Shown: piece by piece, positions 1-9,100 of the stretch
Layout of the letters: the number at the start of each line of letters is the position of its first letter
How positions within the stretch are numbered: position 1 is the first letter of the stretch
Virus record (IMG/VR): IMGVR_UViG_3300036766_000194
Span: 62,001-126,000 of that record
Direction: 5' to 3' (one strand)
Length of the DNA stretch: 64,000 bases
Notes under the pieces: model-generated
Database searches by the model: none
What the model saw: the letters and a program-made list of their open reading frames with translations, nothing else
What the model was told of the DNA's origin: nothing
Program-made: the position numbers and the translations under genes

Positions 1-912
1 CGTAAGGAGGTAGGTGTAAATCCTCAAAACTGGTATAATTTTAAGAAAGAAAGGAAATTTGGACCAAGAATACCGCTTAGATATTTTCTAACCCATCGTC
101 GTAAATTACCAGCACCGCAAGGTTTATATTTTAGCCAAACTAGAGGCAAGGCTAGAGTGATTGGGAATCTGACTTTGCGGCTTAGTAATTGGGCCTATGT
201 TTTGGGATTCTTTTTAGGGGCTGGTTGGCTTAATAGGGATAGCCGAGGTGTTATTACGAGTGTCAGCTTTTCTGTGGATGCACCTCATTACAAAAAATTG
301 TGCACTGCCTTGGGAGCCATTAAAGAAACACCCCTGCGTATCCGAGAACGCTTCAGCACAGTTGCAATGGTTGAGATTGAGTGCGATAACAAATTCTTCG
401 CAGAAATTTTGGCTTACGTTTTCAAGGGGGCAAAGAAATGTTGGGAAAAAGAACTTCCTACAGAATGGACAACTACTTGGTCCAGGAAAGCTCGTGAACA
501 GCTATTGGAAGGACTTAGAGATTCAGACGGCGTAGCAGCTGGTTCTAATCCAACTACTAGTAGTGCCTATACAACCACTTCTCTGGCTTTAGCAAAATCA
601 ATTCTTCTCTTGCTGAGGAGTCTAGGTATATCGGGGAGTTACAGTGAACACTCTCCGAGTCTTGGGGGGTGGGTTAAGGAAAAGGACGGTTCATTACGTC
701 AGATACAAGGTAAAAGAATTTCCTACATAATTGGGTGGAGTGTTGGAACGGGTCATTGGGGTTCGGCTTTGCCCTATAAATCCCCCGAATTGTGGAATCA
801 AGCCCCAATACATAGGATTAAGGATGTCGTTCCGCCATCACATGTATACGATTTAGAAATGGAAGGTCATCCTTCTTTTTGCCTTGAAGGAATTGGTATG
901 CTAGGAAAAAAT
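1..912 (+). mobile_element. Intein with LAGLIDADG endonuclease (C-terminal part)
   Basis: LLEGLRDSDG LAGLIDADG-type motif; block F VYDLEM; ends GKN followed by +1 Ser of SATP. Confidence 0.8.
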
Positions 913-1917
913 TCCGCGACTCCAATTTACAACTATGGAGGAGAGATGTTTAACGTTCTAGATGTTCTCTATCCAGGTTGCCTAGGAACTTGGGATGAAT
1001 TTAGCCGCGAGTGGGTTGCTTATGCTTTTGGGGATAAACCCAAGATAAAGGATCCTAAAGCGTTTGGTGTTTATACTCGTGAAGCTGGACTCATGCTACG
1101 TCGGACCCGTATAGAGGTACGCCGCGAATTGCCTGAGGTTACGGTCGTCCCACACAGCATTGATTGTGACACGGCCATCCTTGACAAGATGAAGGGCAAG
1201 GCTATTGAGCTTGCCAAACTGATCCTTGCGCAGAAGCAAGATTTTCGTGGGCAAAAGATGCAAGCTGCTGGAGAATTTGATTTGCGTATGCGTCAAGCTA
1301 CAGGTATTGCCAAGGCTCCCTATGTTTGCGAATTTGTAAAATTCTTGATACAAGAGAGTAACGAACCTATTGTATTGTTCGGATGGCACAGGGAAGTTTA
1401 CGAGATCTATCTAGAAAAATTGAAAGAGTTTAATCCTGTGATGTATACAGGGAGTGAGACAGCTGTACAAAAGGAAGAGTCTAAGCAGAAATTTATCAAA
1501 GGTCAGAGTAAGGTTATGATAATCAGCCTCCGCTCTGGGGCGGGGCTGGATGGTTTACAGGATATTTGTCACATCGCGGTATTCGGAGAGTTAGACTGGT
1601 CAAATTCTGTTCATACTCAGTGTGTGGGTCGTATTCATAGAGATGGTCAGGATGAACCTGTCATCGCCTATTATTTGCTGAGTACTGATGGCTGTGATCC
1701 TATTATGTGCGATGTCTTAGGGATCAAACGGCAGCAATCTGAAGGCATATTAAATCCGTTAGGTGAGTTCGTAGGAGAAAACATAATACGGGAGCAGTAT
1801 ATAAGGGACCTAGCCGCCGATTTTTTGACGAAACAGGGAGTTGACGTTGAGAAGATTGAAAAACCCAAAGAAATCTCTGAAACACAAGTTTCCTCAGATA
1901 GCCCAGGAATGGCATGA
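1..1917 (+). CDS. SNF2-family helicase, 5'-truncated by the window edge, with an intein
   Basis: Frame open from nt 1. After the intein come SATP (motif III), IVLFGWH, SLRSGAGLDGLQ and QCVGRIHRDGQ (helicase C-terminal motifs). Confidence 0.9.
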   Translation, partial: RKEVGVNPQNWYNFKKERKFGPRIPLRYFLTHRRKLPAPQGLYFSQTRGKARVIGNLTLRLSNWAYVLGFFLGAGWLNRDSRGVITSVSFSVDAPHYKKLCTALGAIKETPLRIRERFSTVAMVEIECDNKFFAEILAYVFKGAKKCWEKELPTEWTTTWSRKAREQLLEGLRDSDGVAAGSNPTTSSAYTTTSLALAKSILLLLRSLGISGSYSEHSPSLGGWVKEKDGSLRQIQGKRISYIIGWSVGTGHWGSALPYKSPELWNQAPIHRIKDVVPPSHVYDLEMEGHPSFCLEGIGMLGKNSATPIYNYGGEMFNVLDVLYPGCLGTWDEFSREWVAYAFGDKPKIKDPKAFGVYTREAGLMLRRTRIEVRRELPEVTVVPHSIDCDTAILDKMKGKAIELAKLILAQKQDFRGQKMQAAGEFDLRMRQATGIAKAPYVCEFVKFLIQESNEPIVLFGWHREVYEIYLEKLKEFNPVMYTGSETAVQKEESKQKFIKGQSKVMIISLRSGAGLDGLQDICHIAVFGELDWSNSVHTQCVGRIHRDGQDEPVIAYYLLSTDGCDPIMCDVLGIKRQQSEGILNPLGEFVGENIIREQYIRDLAADFLTKQGVDVEKIEKPKEISETQVSSDSPGMA

Positions 1918-3148
1918 TGAGAAGAACACTCCAATTACGCCCGAAACTATTTTTGCAAGTTCTAATTTTCGAGCTTGGTGGATCTGCGGGCGCGGTCACG
2001 AGTGGCATGTTTCTGTAAACAATAGAACTTCTTTGAATACAGGGTGCCCTCTGTGCTGTAATAGAAAGGCCGATAACACTAATAGTTTGGCAACGTTGGC
2101 TTCGCATCTTTTGAAAGAGTGGGATTATGAGAAAAACGGCAATTCGATACGACCAGAGGCAATAAACGCTAGAAGCAGTAAGAATGTTTGGTGGATTTGT
2201 CCTCGAGGTCATTCTTGGCAAACCTCTCCTAGGGAACGTTACGTCAGAGGTTCCAACTGCGGACGATGTTCTTATCAGACTTCTTTGCCGGAAATACGCC
2301 TGTTTTCTGAAATCCATCATCACTTTCCCGAGGCTTTGTGGAGAACTAAGGTGTCGGGAGAGGAGTGCGATATTTTTATTCCTTCAAAATCATTGGCGAT
2401 AGAGTATGATGGAAGATTTTGGCATAAAAATTCACTGCTCAGAGACCTAGAAAAGCAGCGCGTTTTGAAAATGGCGGGGGTTGACTTATTACGTGTGAGG
2501 GAAAAACCTCTACCACTCCTCGCCGCTCGTGATATTTCGGTAGGAAAAGACGAAAGTCCAGAGATATTATGCGGAATTGTCCTGAGGGTACTAGGTAAGA
2601 TCAGTGATAACTACCAGTTAGTCAACAATCAAGAGTTTTTGACTTTGCGTTCTGGGTTACGGTTTCGGAGCAGGACGCACCCCTCTCTTTCAGAATACCC
2701 GGAATTATCAGCAGAGTGGTCCAAGCGGAATGAACCTTTGGATCCCAATAGCTTTTCAACAGGGTGCAGCCAGCAAGTTTGGTGGCACTGCAAAAAGTGT
2801 GGGTTTGAATGGCAGGCCCGTATTTGTAATAGGGTGGAGGGTTCTAACTGCCCGAAATGCCGAATTGGAAGTAATGCCTTAATGGTTAAATTCCCAAAAT
2901 TGGCCGTTTTGTGGGACCATGAAAATAACGTTGCGCTAACACTTGAAATGATGACTGCTTTTAGCAATAAAAAGGTTTGGTGGGTGTGTTCTAAGGGGCA
3001 CCGCTGGTTGTCTCAGGTGGGTAATATGGCACGTTATGGGTCCGATCCTCGTTGCAGATTTTGTGACCCGTTTCGGAGCAGAATAGACTCACCATTAAGC
3101 CGGAAAGCAAAAACCGCAGTATTGAATGATGGAGGAGTAACAACATGA
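1841..3148 (+). CDS. Zinc-ribbon repeat (DUF4379-like) protein with central PD-(D/E)XK/Vsr-like nuclease; probable free-standing homing endonuclease
   Basis: Four SL..xP....EW...WWxC..GHxW...CxxC units flanking ECDIFIP..LAIEYDGRFWH; TTG start overlaps the helicase 3' end. Confidence 0.8.
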   Translation: MTLRRLKNPKKSLKHKFPQIAQEWHDEKNTPITPETIFASSNFRAWWICGRGHEWHVSVNNRTSLNTGCPLCCNRKADNTNSLATLASHLLKEWDYEKNGNSIRPEAINARSSKNVWWICPRGHSWQTSPRERYVRGSNCGRCSYQTSLPEIRLFSEIHHHFPEALWRTKVSGEECDIFIPSKSLAIEYDGRFWHKNSLLRDLEKQRVLKMAGVDLLRVREKPLPLLAARDISVGKDESPEILCGIVLRVLGKISDNYQLVNNQEFLTLRSGLRFRSRTHPSLSEYPELSAEWSKRNEPLDPNSFSTGCSQQVWWHCKKCGFEWQARICNRVEGSNCPKCRIGSNALMVKFPKLAVLWDHENNVALTLEMMTAFSNKKVWWVCSKGHRWLSQVGNMARYGSDPRCRFCDPFRSRIDSPLSRKAKTAVLNDGGVTT

Positions 3149-3405
3149 GCACTTTTACAAACATCCCAGTAGGGGGTTTTTTCACGATTAGTGGTGAGAG
3201 ATTTAAGAAGACAGGACCGATGACTTACATGTCTCTTGAAAATCCCATCCTCGGTGAGTACACCATTCAACCAATTACTGAAAAGAATATTAAGTATACT
3301 GCTCCGGTGGTTCCCGCTCCCACCCCGGTTGTGACTACGAAAGCAAAGAAAACTAAGAAGCCCACTAAGCGAGTGGCCGTAAAGTCTGGTCGTCGCGGTA
3401 AGTAA
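3145..3405 (+). CDS. Hypothetical protein with basic tail
   Basis: ATGA overlap with the upstream stop, GGAGGAG RBS. Confidence 0.7.
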   Translation: MSTFTNIPVGGFFTISGERFKKTGPMTYMSLENPILGEYTIQPITEKNIKYTAPVVPAPTPVVTTKAKKTKKPTKRVAVKSGRRGK

Positions 3406-3406
3406 A

Positions 3407-3613
3407 ATGAAGGGCACATTAGTACAGATTGAAAAGTATGGGCGCATGGTTTGGGCAAATGAGCAAATGGAACAGGTGCGTAAAGAGGAATGTCTTTGTC
3501 TTAATTGTAAAAGATTAACTGACTGTGAAATAGCTTCAGAAGGATACGTGCTCTGTAAACTGACAGACATTACGTTTATGGTTACACGCTGTCCTAAATT
3601 CATTAAGGACTAA
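3407..3613 (+). CDS. Small Cys-rich hypothetical protein
   Basis: Tightly packed in operon; CLCLNC..C motif. Confidence 0.65.
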   Translation: MKGTLVQIEKYGRMVWANEQMEQVRKEECLCLNCKRLTDCEIASEGYVLCKLTDITFMVTRCPKFIKD

Positions 3614-3614
3614 C

Positions 3615-4052
3615 ATGGGCAAGGGATTCCTAAAAGAACGCAACAAAGTAAGGTCTGATCAGTTCAATGCTATGGTGAGAGAAGCTAATCGCCTTGAAGC
3701 AGAAAACCGTGAACTCAAGACGAACCCCGATGGGGTTGTAGGGAAATTCCTAAACAAGCTCAATACCCTAGCAATGCAAAATAATAAGTTGAGCGCCTTG
3801 TCTGCTTCTCTTATTAAAACAGCCGGAGGATCGGTAAAGGTTCCCCGTTCTTTGATTGAAGGTTTTGGGGGTCATAGAGTTGTCATAAAAGTGGAAGGTA
3901 ACGCTGAAAAGGAAGAAGACACTACAGAGTATCTTTTCACATATGAAGCTGAAAAAGTTGAAGCATCAGAAACTCCTGTAGTTGTAACTGATTCTACACC
4001 GATTGACGCTCCCTTAACGGTGACTTCTCTGGATGGACAGGAGGAAGACTAA
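3615..4052 (+). CDS. Hypothetical protein (coiled-coil N-terminus)
   Basis: Operon packing, 145-aa ORF. Confidence 0.7.
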   Translation: MGKGFLKERNKVRSDQFNAMVREANRLEAENRELKTNPDGVVGKFLNKLNTLAMQNNKLSALSASLIKTAGGSVKVPRSLIEGFGGHRVVIKVEGNAEKEEDTTEYLFTYEAEKVEASETPVVVTDSTPIDAPLTVTSLDGQEED

Positions 4053-4456
4053 TGGCTTTCGAGATAACTAAAACGACGGTTCATAGACTGATTGTCTCGG
4101 TTAGTTGTGGTTGTAAGATAGGGCGCGAATTTGAAGATAAACAATATCTTAAACCTTTAAATGATTTAAATTTTACAGGATGCGAAAAACATACAAAAGA
4201 AGAAAGTCTTTCTACCATTGAGTTCATCTTAACAGAATATCTTGAGACTGAAGTCAAAAGGTACCAGATCATTCCTGAAAATAGAGGAACTACGTCAGTG
4301 GACTCCCATGGTAATGTAGTGAATATTATTTCCACAAATAAAGCTCATCCCCGTACTAAATTAAGCAACGCGGCTTTGCTTCCTCGTGCTCCCAGCGCTG
4401 TAGATACAGAAGAATCTATGGATGACTTATTTTCTGATTCTGATGTTGAACCCTAG
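4052..4456 (+). CDS. Hypothetical protein
   Basis: TAATG stop/start overlap, 134-aa ORF. Confidence 0.7.
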   Translation: MAFEITKTTVHRLIVSVSCGCKIGREFEDKQYLKPLNDLNFTGCEKHTKEESLSTIEFILTEYLETEVKRYQIIPENRGTTSVDSHGNVVNIISTNKAHPRTKLSNAALLPRAPSAVDTEESMDDLFSDSDVEP

Positions 4457-4522
4457 AACTTCGCTAATAAAAATTTCCTACCTTAGAAGTTCCTTTAGTG
4501 AATCTACATTAAGGGACCATAG

Positions 4523-5602
4523 ATGAAAAATTGCCAAGTGCGAATTCTCTTTATCTTAAAATACAGAGAAGTTTTGGATGAGCAAACAGGTATTGAAGTT
4601 TCTATAAAAGGGTTATCTTCTGGACTAGCAAATTCAGCCAGATTTGTACACACTATGCTCTTGGAAGAGCACATAACTTCGGAGATTGTTCAAGTTATAG
4701 ATAACAATGATATTGATAGAGAAGTATCCCGATACAAACCAACTCATGTAGTGATAGAAGCCTTTTGGGTTGTTCCTGAAAAGTTCACCATATTACAGAA
4801 ACTTCATCCCAATGTAACTTGGATTGTTCGTTCTCATAGCGAAGTTCCTTTCTTAGCACAGGAAGGAGTTGCTATAGATTGGATACTAAACTGTGTTCGA
4901 CACGATAGAGTTTGCGTAGCTTCTAACAGTAAAAATAGCGTTCAAGATTTGCGTACTATTGTAGCAGCTGCGAATCCTCATTGGTCTAGAGAAAAGGTGG
5001 AAGAAAAGGTTCCTTATCTTCCTAATTTTTATCCCCATAAGTTAAGAAAGAATCGTAAAAAGGAAACTGAAATTCTAGACGTTGCTTGTTTTGGAGCGAT
5101 CAGACCTTTGAAGAATCAACTCATTCAAGCAGTTGCTGCCATAGAGTATTCGGAAATGATAGGTAAAAAGTTACGTTTTCACATAAATTTAGGAAGAACT
5201 GAATTGGGAGGGGAGAATTGTCTTAAAAACCTAAGAGCACTATTTTCTCACACTCCTAACGCTGAATTGATAGAAGAACCCTGGATGAATCATGAGGAAT
5301 TTTTAACTCTTTTGGGTAAGATGGATATTGGAATGCAGGTAACTTTCACTGAGACCTTCAATATTGTGAGTGCTGACATGGTGGTGTGTAGTTTACCTAT
5401 GGTTGTATCAGAAGAAGTGGAGTGGGCGCACCGTTGGTGTAAAGCAAGTTGTACTGATACTGGGGATATTGTAGAGAAACTTATAAAAATTACTGACTGG
5501 CGCTTTCGCAATGTAGTTAGTTTTTTAAATATAAAGGGGTTAAGAAGTTTTTCAGAAGAATCCCGTCGTCTTTGGAAAGAATATTTTTGTCAACAGTATT
5601 AA
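4523..5602 (+). CDS. GT-B fold glycosyltransferase (GT4-like)
   Basis: C-terminal CFGAIRPLKN ... DIG..V.F.ETF..V..D.....LP.V nucleotide-sugar-binding pattern. Confidence 0.7.
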   Translation: MKNCQVRILFILKYREVLDEQTGIEVSIKGLSSGLANSARFVHTMLLEEHITSEIVQVIDNNDIDREVSRYKPTHVVIEAFWVVPEKFTILQKLHPNVTWIVRSHSEVPFLAQEGVAIDWILNCVRHDRVCVASNSKNSVQDLRTIVAAANPHWSREKVEEKVPYLPNFYPHKLRKNRKKETEILDVACFGAIRPLKNQLIQAVAAIEYSEMIGKKLRFHINLGRTELGGENCLKNLRALFSHTPNAELIEEPWMNHEEFLTLLGKMDIGMQVTFTETFNIVSADMVVCSLPMVVSEEVEWAHRWCKASCTDTGDIVEKLIKITDWRFRNVVSFLNIKGLRSFSEESRRLWKEYFCQQY

Positions 5603-5608
5603 ATTCTT

Positions 5609-6226
5609 ATGATGATCGCATACTCATTAAAAAGTTTCTTTCGGCACCTGTATTATAGTATTCGCACTAATGAAGAGTGGTTTGAAGTTAAGTATAATGG
5701 TTGGCAAGTCTATCATGAATCCACCCAGCCGATCCGCGCCGTTTATTATGTCTTCTGGCGCATTTGGAAGTACCGTAGTATTCTTTGGAATGATTTTGAC
5801 TGGGATCATAATTTTCTTCTAGCTATTCTTGAATTAAAATTCACTAACATGATGAAGTACCACAGAGATCATGGAATTACCGATAGCAGCCCAGAATTAG
5901 TTCACGAACTCAGTGAATGTGCAGAAATCTGTCACCGTTTGCGTGAAAATGATTACGGTAAGGATCTTGATGAACTCCATGAAGAAAAGTGGGGGAAGAC
6001 ATATTCTTGGTTTGAACCAGCGGAAGAATACGGAGTTGACAAACTAGGTAAGCCGAAGATGTTTGCCTGGCACGCAGAACGTCCAAATGCCTTGACCGAT
6101 GAGGACAAAGAACAAGAAAGACAAGAACACCGTAATATTTGGGAAATAGAAGAACAAAGAAAGAAAGCTGATCTTGAACGCCTAGCAGAACTTATAAGAA
6201 CTCGAACCGAGTATTGGTGGGATTAG
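5609..6226 (+). CDS. Conserved-looking phage hypothetical protein
   Basis: 205-aa ORF, DxDWD..FLL.IL..K pattern, ends YWWD. Confidence 0.75.
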   Translation: MMIAYSLKSFFRHLYYSIRTNEEWFEVKYNGWQVYHESTQPIRAVYYVFWRIWKYRSILWNDFDWDHNFLLAILELKFTNMMKYHRDHGITDSSPELVHELSECAEICHRLRENDYGKDLDELHEEKWGKTYSWFEPAEEYGVDKLGKPKMFAWHAERPNALTDEDKEQERQEHRNIWEIEEQRKKADLERLAELIRTRTEYWWD

Positions 6227-6234
6227 CTAGTTCT

Positions 6235-7872
6235 TCAGGCCCGCCATTTTCCTGCGTAAACAGTAACAATAGTTCTTTTCCCATTAGGATATGAGATTAT
6301 GTGAGAATGAGTCCAACTACTCGGACCATGATTGTAACCCATACGGAGATTGGTAGAAGTACCTGCTACATATAACCCCCCGGTTATTGTAGCACTATGG
6401 GTGTGAGCGGTGTTGGCTTTGCATCCCATCTTAGAAAGATTACTAGGTGTTCCTCTTGCTCCATCGGGACCCAAGTGTCCGTGCATACCGCATTCTACTT
6501 TCTTGTTACATATAGTGAAACTATCATCTCCCAACAAGAACTTTACTCCCTTAGTAGCATTGAAACGTTCCATAGCCCACCGGGTTAGATTGAAATTTTC
6601 ATTACGCCCTTCCAGTTGCTTATACACTTCGAATTGAGCCTCTAAGAATAGTAGAGCATTGCGGGGATCCGTGCGATAGTCGTGCTCACGCAACCAACGC
6701 ATAAACCAGTTATCGTGGTTTGAATCCACCACGACCGTTTCAACACCTGTACGACAATATTCTTTTAAACATTCTGCGGTATCTTTAAGCTCCTGGGTGA
6801 CTGCATCATACCCACGTAAGTAGGCTTTAAATTTCTCGTGAGGATTTTTTGCGTTGTGATGATTTACCGAAACTCCTTCAAGGAGGTCATGAATAAACTG
6901 ATAGCTAGGACGGAGACTATCCAGCATCCCTCCTTCACCAATAGACAGATTCTTTACAGTTGGATCTACAATGGTGGCGTGGATATCTCCCCAGGTGATC
7001 GCTTCAACACGGTTACCTGTGGTTACTTGTTCGTTTTCTACTACAACATCTAGATCTTGAATACGTCCGGTATTTTCGTCTGCTTCTAATTGACGTACCC
7101 ACCAATGACCGTTACTATCTACTTCTACTAGGACTCCTCCATAAGAATGACGATGCTCAGCTTTTAATCCTGCCTTCTTTTGTATGTAGTTACGCTTGGT
7201 GACGGTGCCTGTCGTGTACATTAGCTTTGTACCCCGACCTTGCATAGTAGCAACAGAGTCCATTTCCATCTTAGCATGGGGGAAGATACAAGACTTAGCT
7301 CCCGAATAAGTCGCCATACCCGAAAGAGGATTATTCTCCGTAGGGATAATGTTCATTTCTCCACACCAAACAAGTCCTTCTCCTAATTCTTTCCTACCAT
7401 CGTAAATGTATTTTTCAATAGCATCGTCATACCAGGCTTCTTTTTGTTTAACTTCTTCCGTTCCACGCTTCACAGCTAGAGGACCGTAAGCATTTTTATT
7501 ATAAGAGTAGGTTCCCACCAAAATTTCTGCTTCATAGTATCCAGCAAGAGCTAGAAGATTGTTTAAAACAGCATCGTGAACGAATGTGTTGTTTTGAGCG
7601 GAGGTAAGAATGTATCTTTTAACCGTGCCTAGAGCAGGTAACTTTAATGATTTGTGTACGATACCCCGGATAGTTCCGCCAGCAACTTTACGTGTGATCT
7701 TTCCTACGTGCTTTTTGATATTCCGATATACCGTGGAACGAGACATTCCTAGTTTACGGGCAACTTCGGCAGCGTTCCCGCCCAGTTTGTTATACAATTC
7801 TACTATTTGTTCTCTTTTGGCAAGGACTTCAGGTGGGACGGTAGGTTTCTGGTGCTTTTTGGCTTTACTCAA
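6235..7872 (-). CDS. HTH-fused calcineurin-like metallophosphoesterase
   Basis: N-terminal NAAEVARKLGMSRSTVYR HTH; WGDIH, HD, SNHD, MHGH and AHTH metal-binding motifs. Confidence 0.7.
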   Translation of the reverse strand: MSKAKKHQKPTVPPEVLAKREQIVELYNKLGGNAAEVARKLGMSRSTVYRNIKKHVGKITRKVAGGTIRGIVHKSLKLPALGTVKRYILTSAQNNTFVHDAVLNNLLALAGYYEAEILVGTYSYNKNAYGPLAVKRGTEEVKQKEAWYDDAIEKYIYDGRKELGEGLVWCGEMNIIPTENNPLSGMATYSGAKSCIFPHAKMEMDSVATMQGRGTKLMYTTGTVTKRNYIQKKAGLKAEHRHSYGGVLVEVDSNGHWWVRQLEADENTGRIQDLDVVVENEQVTTGNRVEAITWGDIHATIVDPTVKNLSIGEGGMLDSLRPSYQFIHDLLEGVSVNHHNAKNPHEKFKAYLRGYDAVTQELKDTAECLKEYCRTGVETVVVDSNHDNWFMRWLREHDYRTDPRNALLFLEAQFEVYKQLEGRNENFNLTRWAMERFNATKGVKFLLGDDSFTICNKKVECGMHGHLGPDGARGTPSNLSKMGCKANTAHTHSATITGGLYVAGTSTNLRMGYNHGPSSWTHSHIISYPNGKRTIVTVYAGKWRA

Positions 7873-7975
7873 ATGCGCATCCTCCTACTTCACTTTGGGT
7901 CCGGAAATTAGTTATTCTTCACTATTATCCGGCTTTATTCTTATTACTATCTGATCCACTTTAGAGACCTTTCAT

Positions 7976-9100
7976 ATGCCAGAAGAGAACAAGACTCGTA
8001 AGCGCATAAACTTTCAAGGAATTCCTATTGCCATAGAGTGGGAAAAGGGTTCCGAACGCAAGGGGGTAAACCCTGATGGTTCTGAATGGTCTAATCCTAT
8101 GTATGCGGATTACGGGTATATTATACCTTCTAAGAACTCTGTTCCTGTCATAGAAGAATTCTTCAAACACTATGAACGTGAAGTGGACTACTACAAAGAA
8201 GCTGCCGACATTGCTAGAGAAAAATTAGAAAATGCTTTACAGGCCGAAGGCATCCGAGCACAAGTAACCTGCCGGGCTAAGTCTCCTAAGCGTTTGCGTA
8301 AAAAATTATATCGTCGCTATCCAGAGAAACACTATAAGACGTTTCGTGACATATATAAGGACATAGTGGACTTAGCGGGAGTTCGCGTCGCTCTATATCT
8401 TCCCGCTGACCGTGATGTTGTAGGACATATTATAGGAACACTATTTGAAGAAACTCGCCCCGTTAAGCATTTCCCTACAGATAAAGGAACAGAAGATAGT
8501 GTGGGGTATATTGCTAATCATTATCTGGTGAGATTATCACCCGATACACTAAAGGGATCTGATCGTCGTTATGCCGAGACTAAAATAGAGATACAAGTGG
8601 CTTCTGTCCTCATGCACGCTTATGCTGAAATCTCACACGACCTCGTTTATAAGCCCGAAAAAGGAGAATTGTCTACTGAAGAAAAACTACTTCTTGAACA
8701 ATTGAATCAAATTGTTTTGGCTGGAGAAGTAGCTCTTACACGATTACAGAGTAAGATTGAAGGTAGGACCGATAAGGATCTCCGTTTTGAACTAGTTGGA
8801 AGTTGTATAAAGAAAGCATCTGGGGTTTTAGCGGCTAACGGTTGGTCCAAAGACGGAGAGAACATGGATGTTTACGTGGGAGATAATTATGAATCTCCTT
8901 ATGTCTATGCCATTGAACAGTTGAGAGATGGGCAATTTGATGAATACAAGTTTCTTTTGGGATTTGATTCTCTGGAGCAAGCTCGTGAAATCTACTTGAA
9001 ACACTTTCCGACTCAACCTAATTGGTGGGAAGAAAATGTAGAGGGGATTTATGAAGTTCCCCTGGAAGAGTTCCGTACTGCCGTGGATAATCATGCCTAA
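7976..9100 (+). CDS. Polyvalent-protein-type inorganic pyrophosphatase (InPase) domain split by an inserted RelA/SpoT synthetase domain
   Basis: InPase N-half IAIEWEKGSERKG..DG.EW...M.ADYGYI; synthetase motifs RAKS..RL.KKL, DLAGVR, GY.A.HY, EIQV, HAYAEISHDLVYK; InPase C-half KDGENMDVYVG...EQ...FDEYKFLLGF.S...A...YL.HF. Confidence 0.85.
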   Translation: MPEENKTRKRINFQGIPIAIEWEKGSERKGVNPDGSEWSNPMYADYGYIIPSKNSVPVIEEFFKHYEREVDYYKEAADIAREKLENALQAEGIRAQVTCRAKSPKRLRKKLYRRYPEKHYKTFRDIYKDIVDLAGVRVALYLPADRDVVGHIIGTLFEETRPVKHFPTDKGTEDSVGYIANHYLVRLSPDTLKGSDRRYAETKIEIQVASVLMHAYAEISHDLVYKPEKGELSTEEKLLLEQLNQIVLAGEVALTRLQSKIEGRTDKDLRFELVGSCIKKASGVLAANGWSKDGENMDVYVGDNYESPYVYAIEQLRDGQFDEYKFLLGFDSLEQAREIYLKHFPTQPNWWEENVEGIYEVPLEEFRTAVDNHA

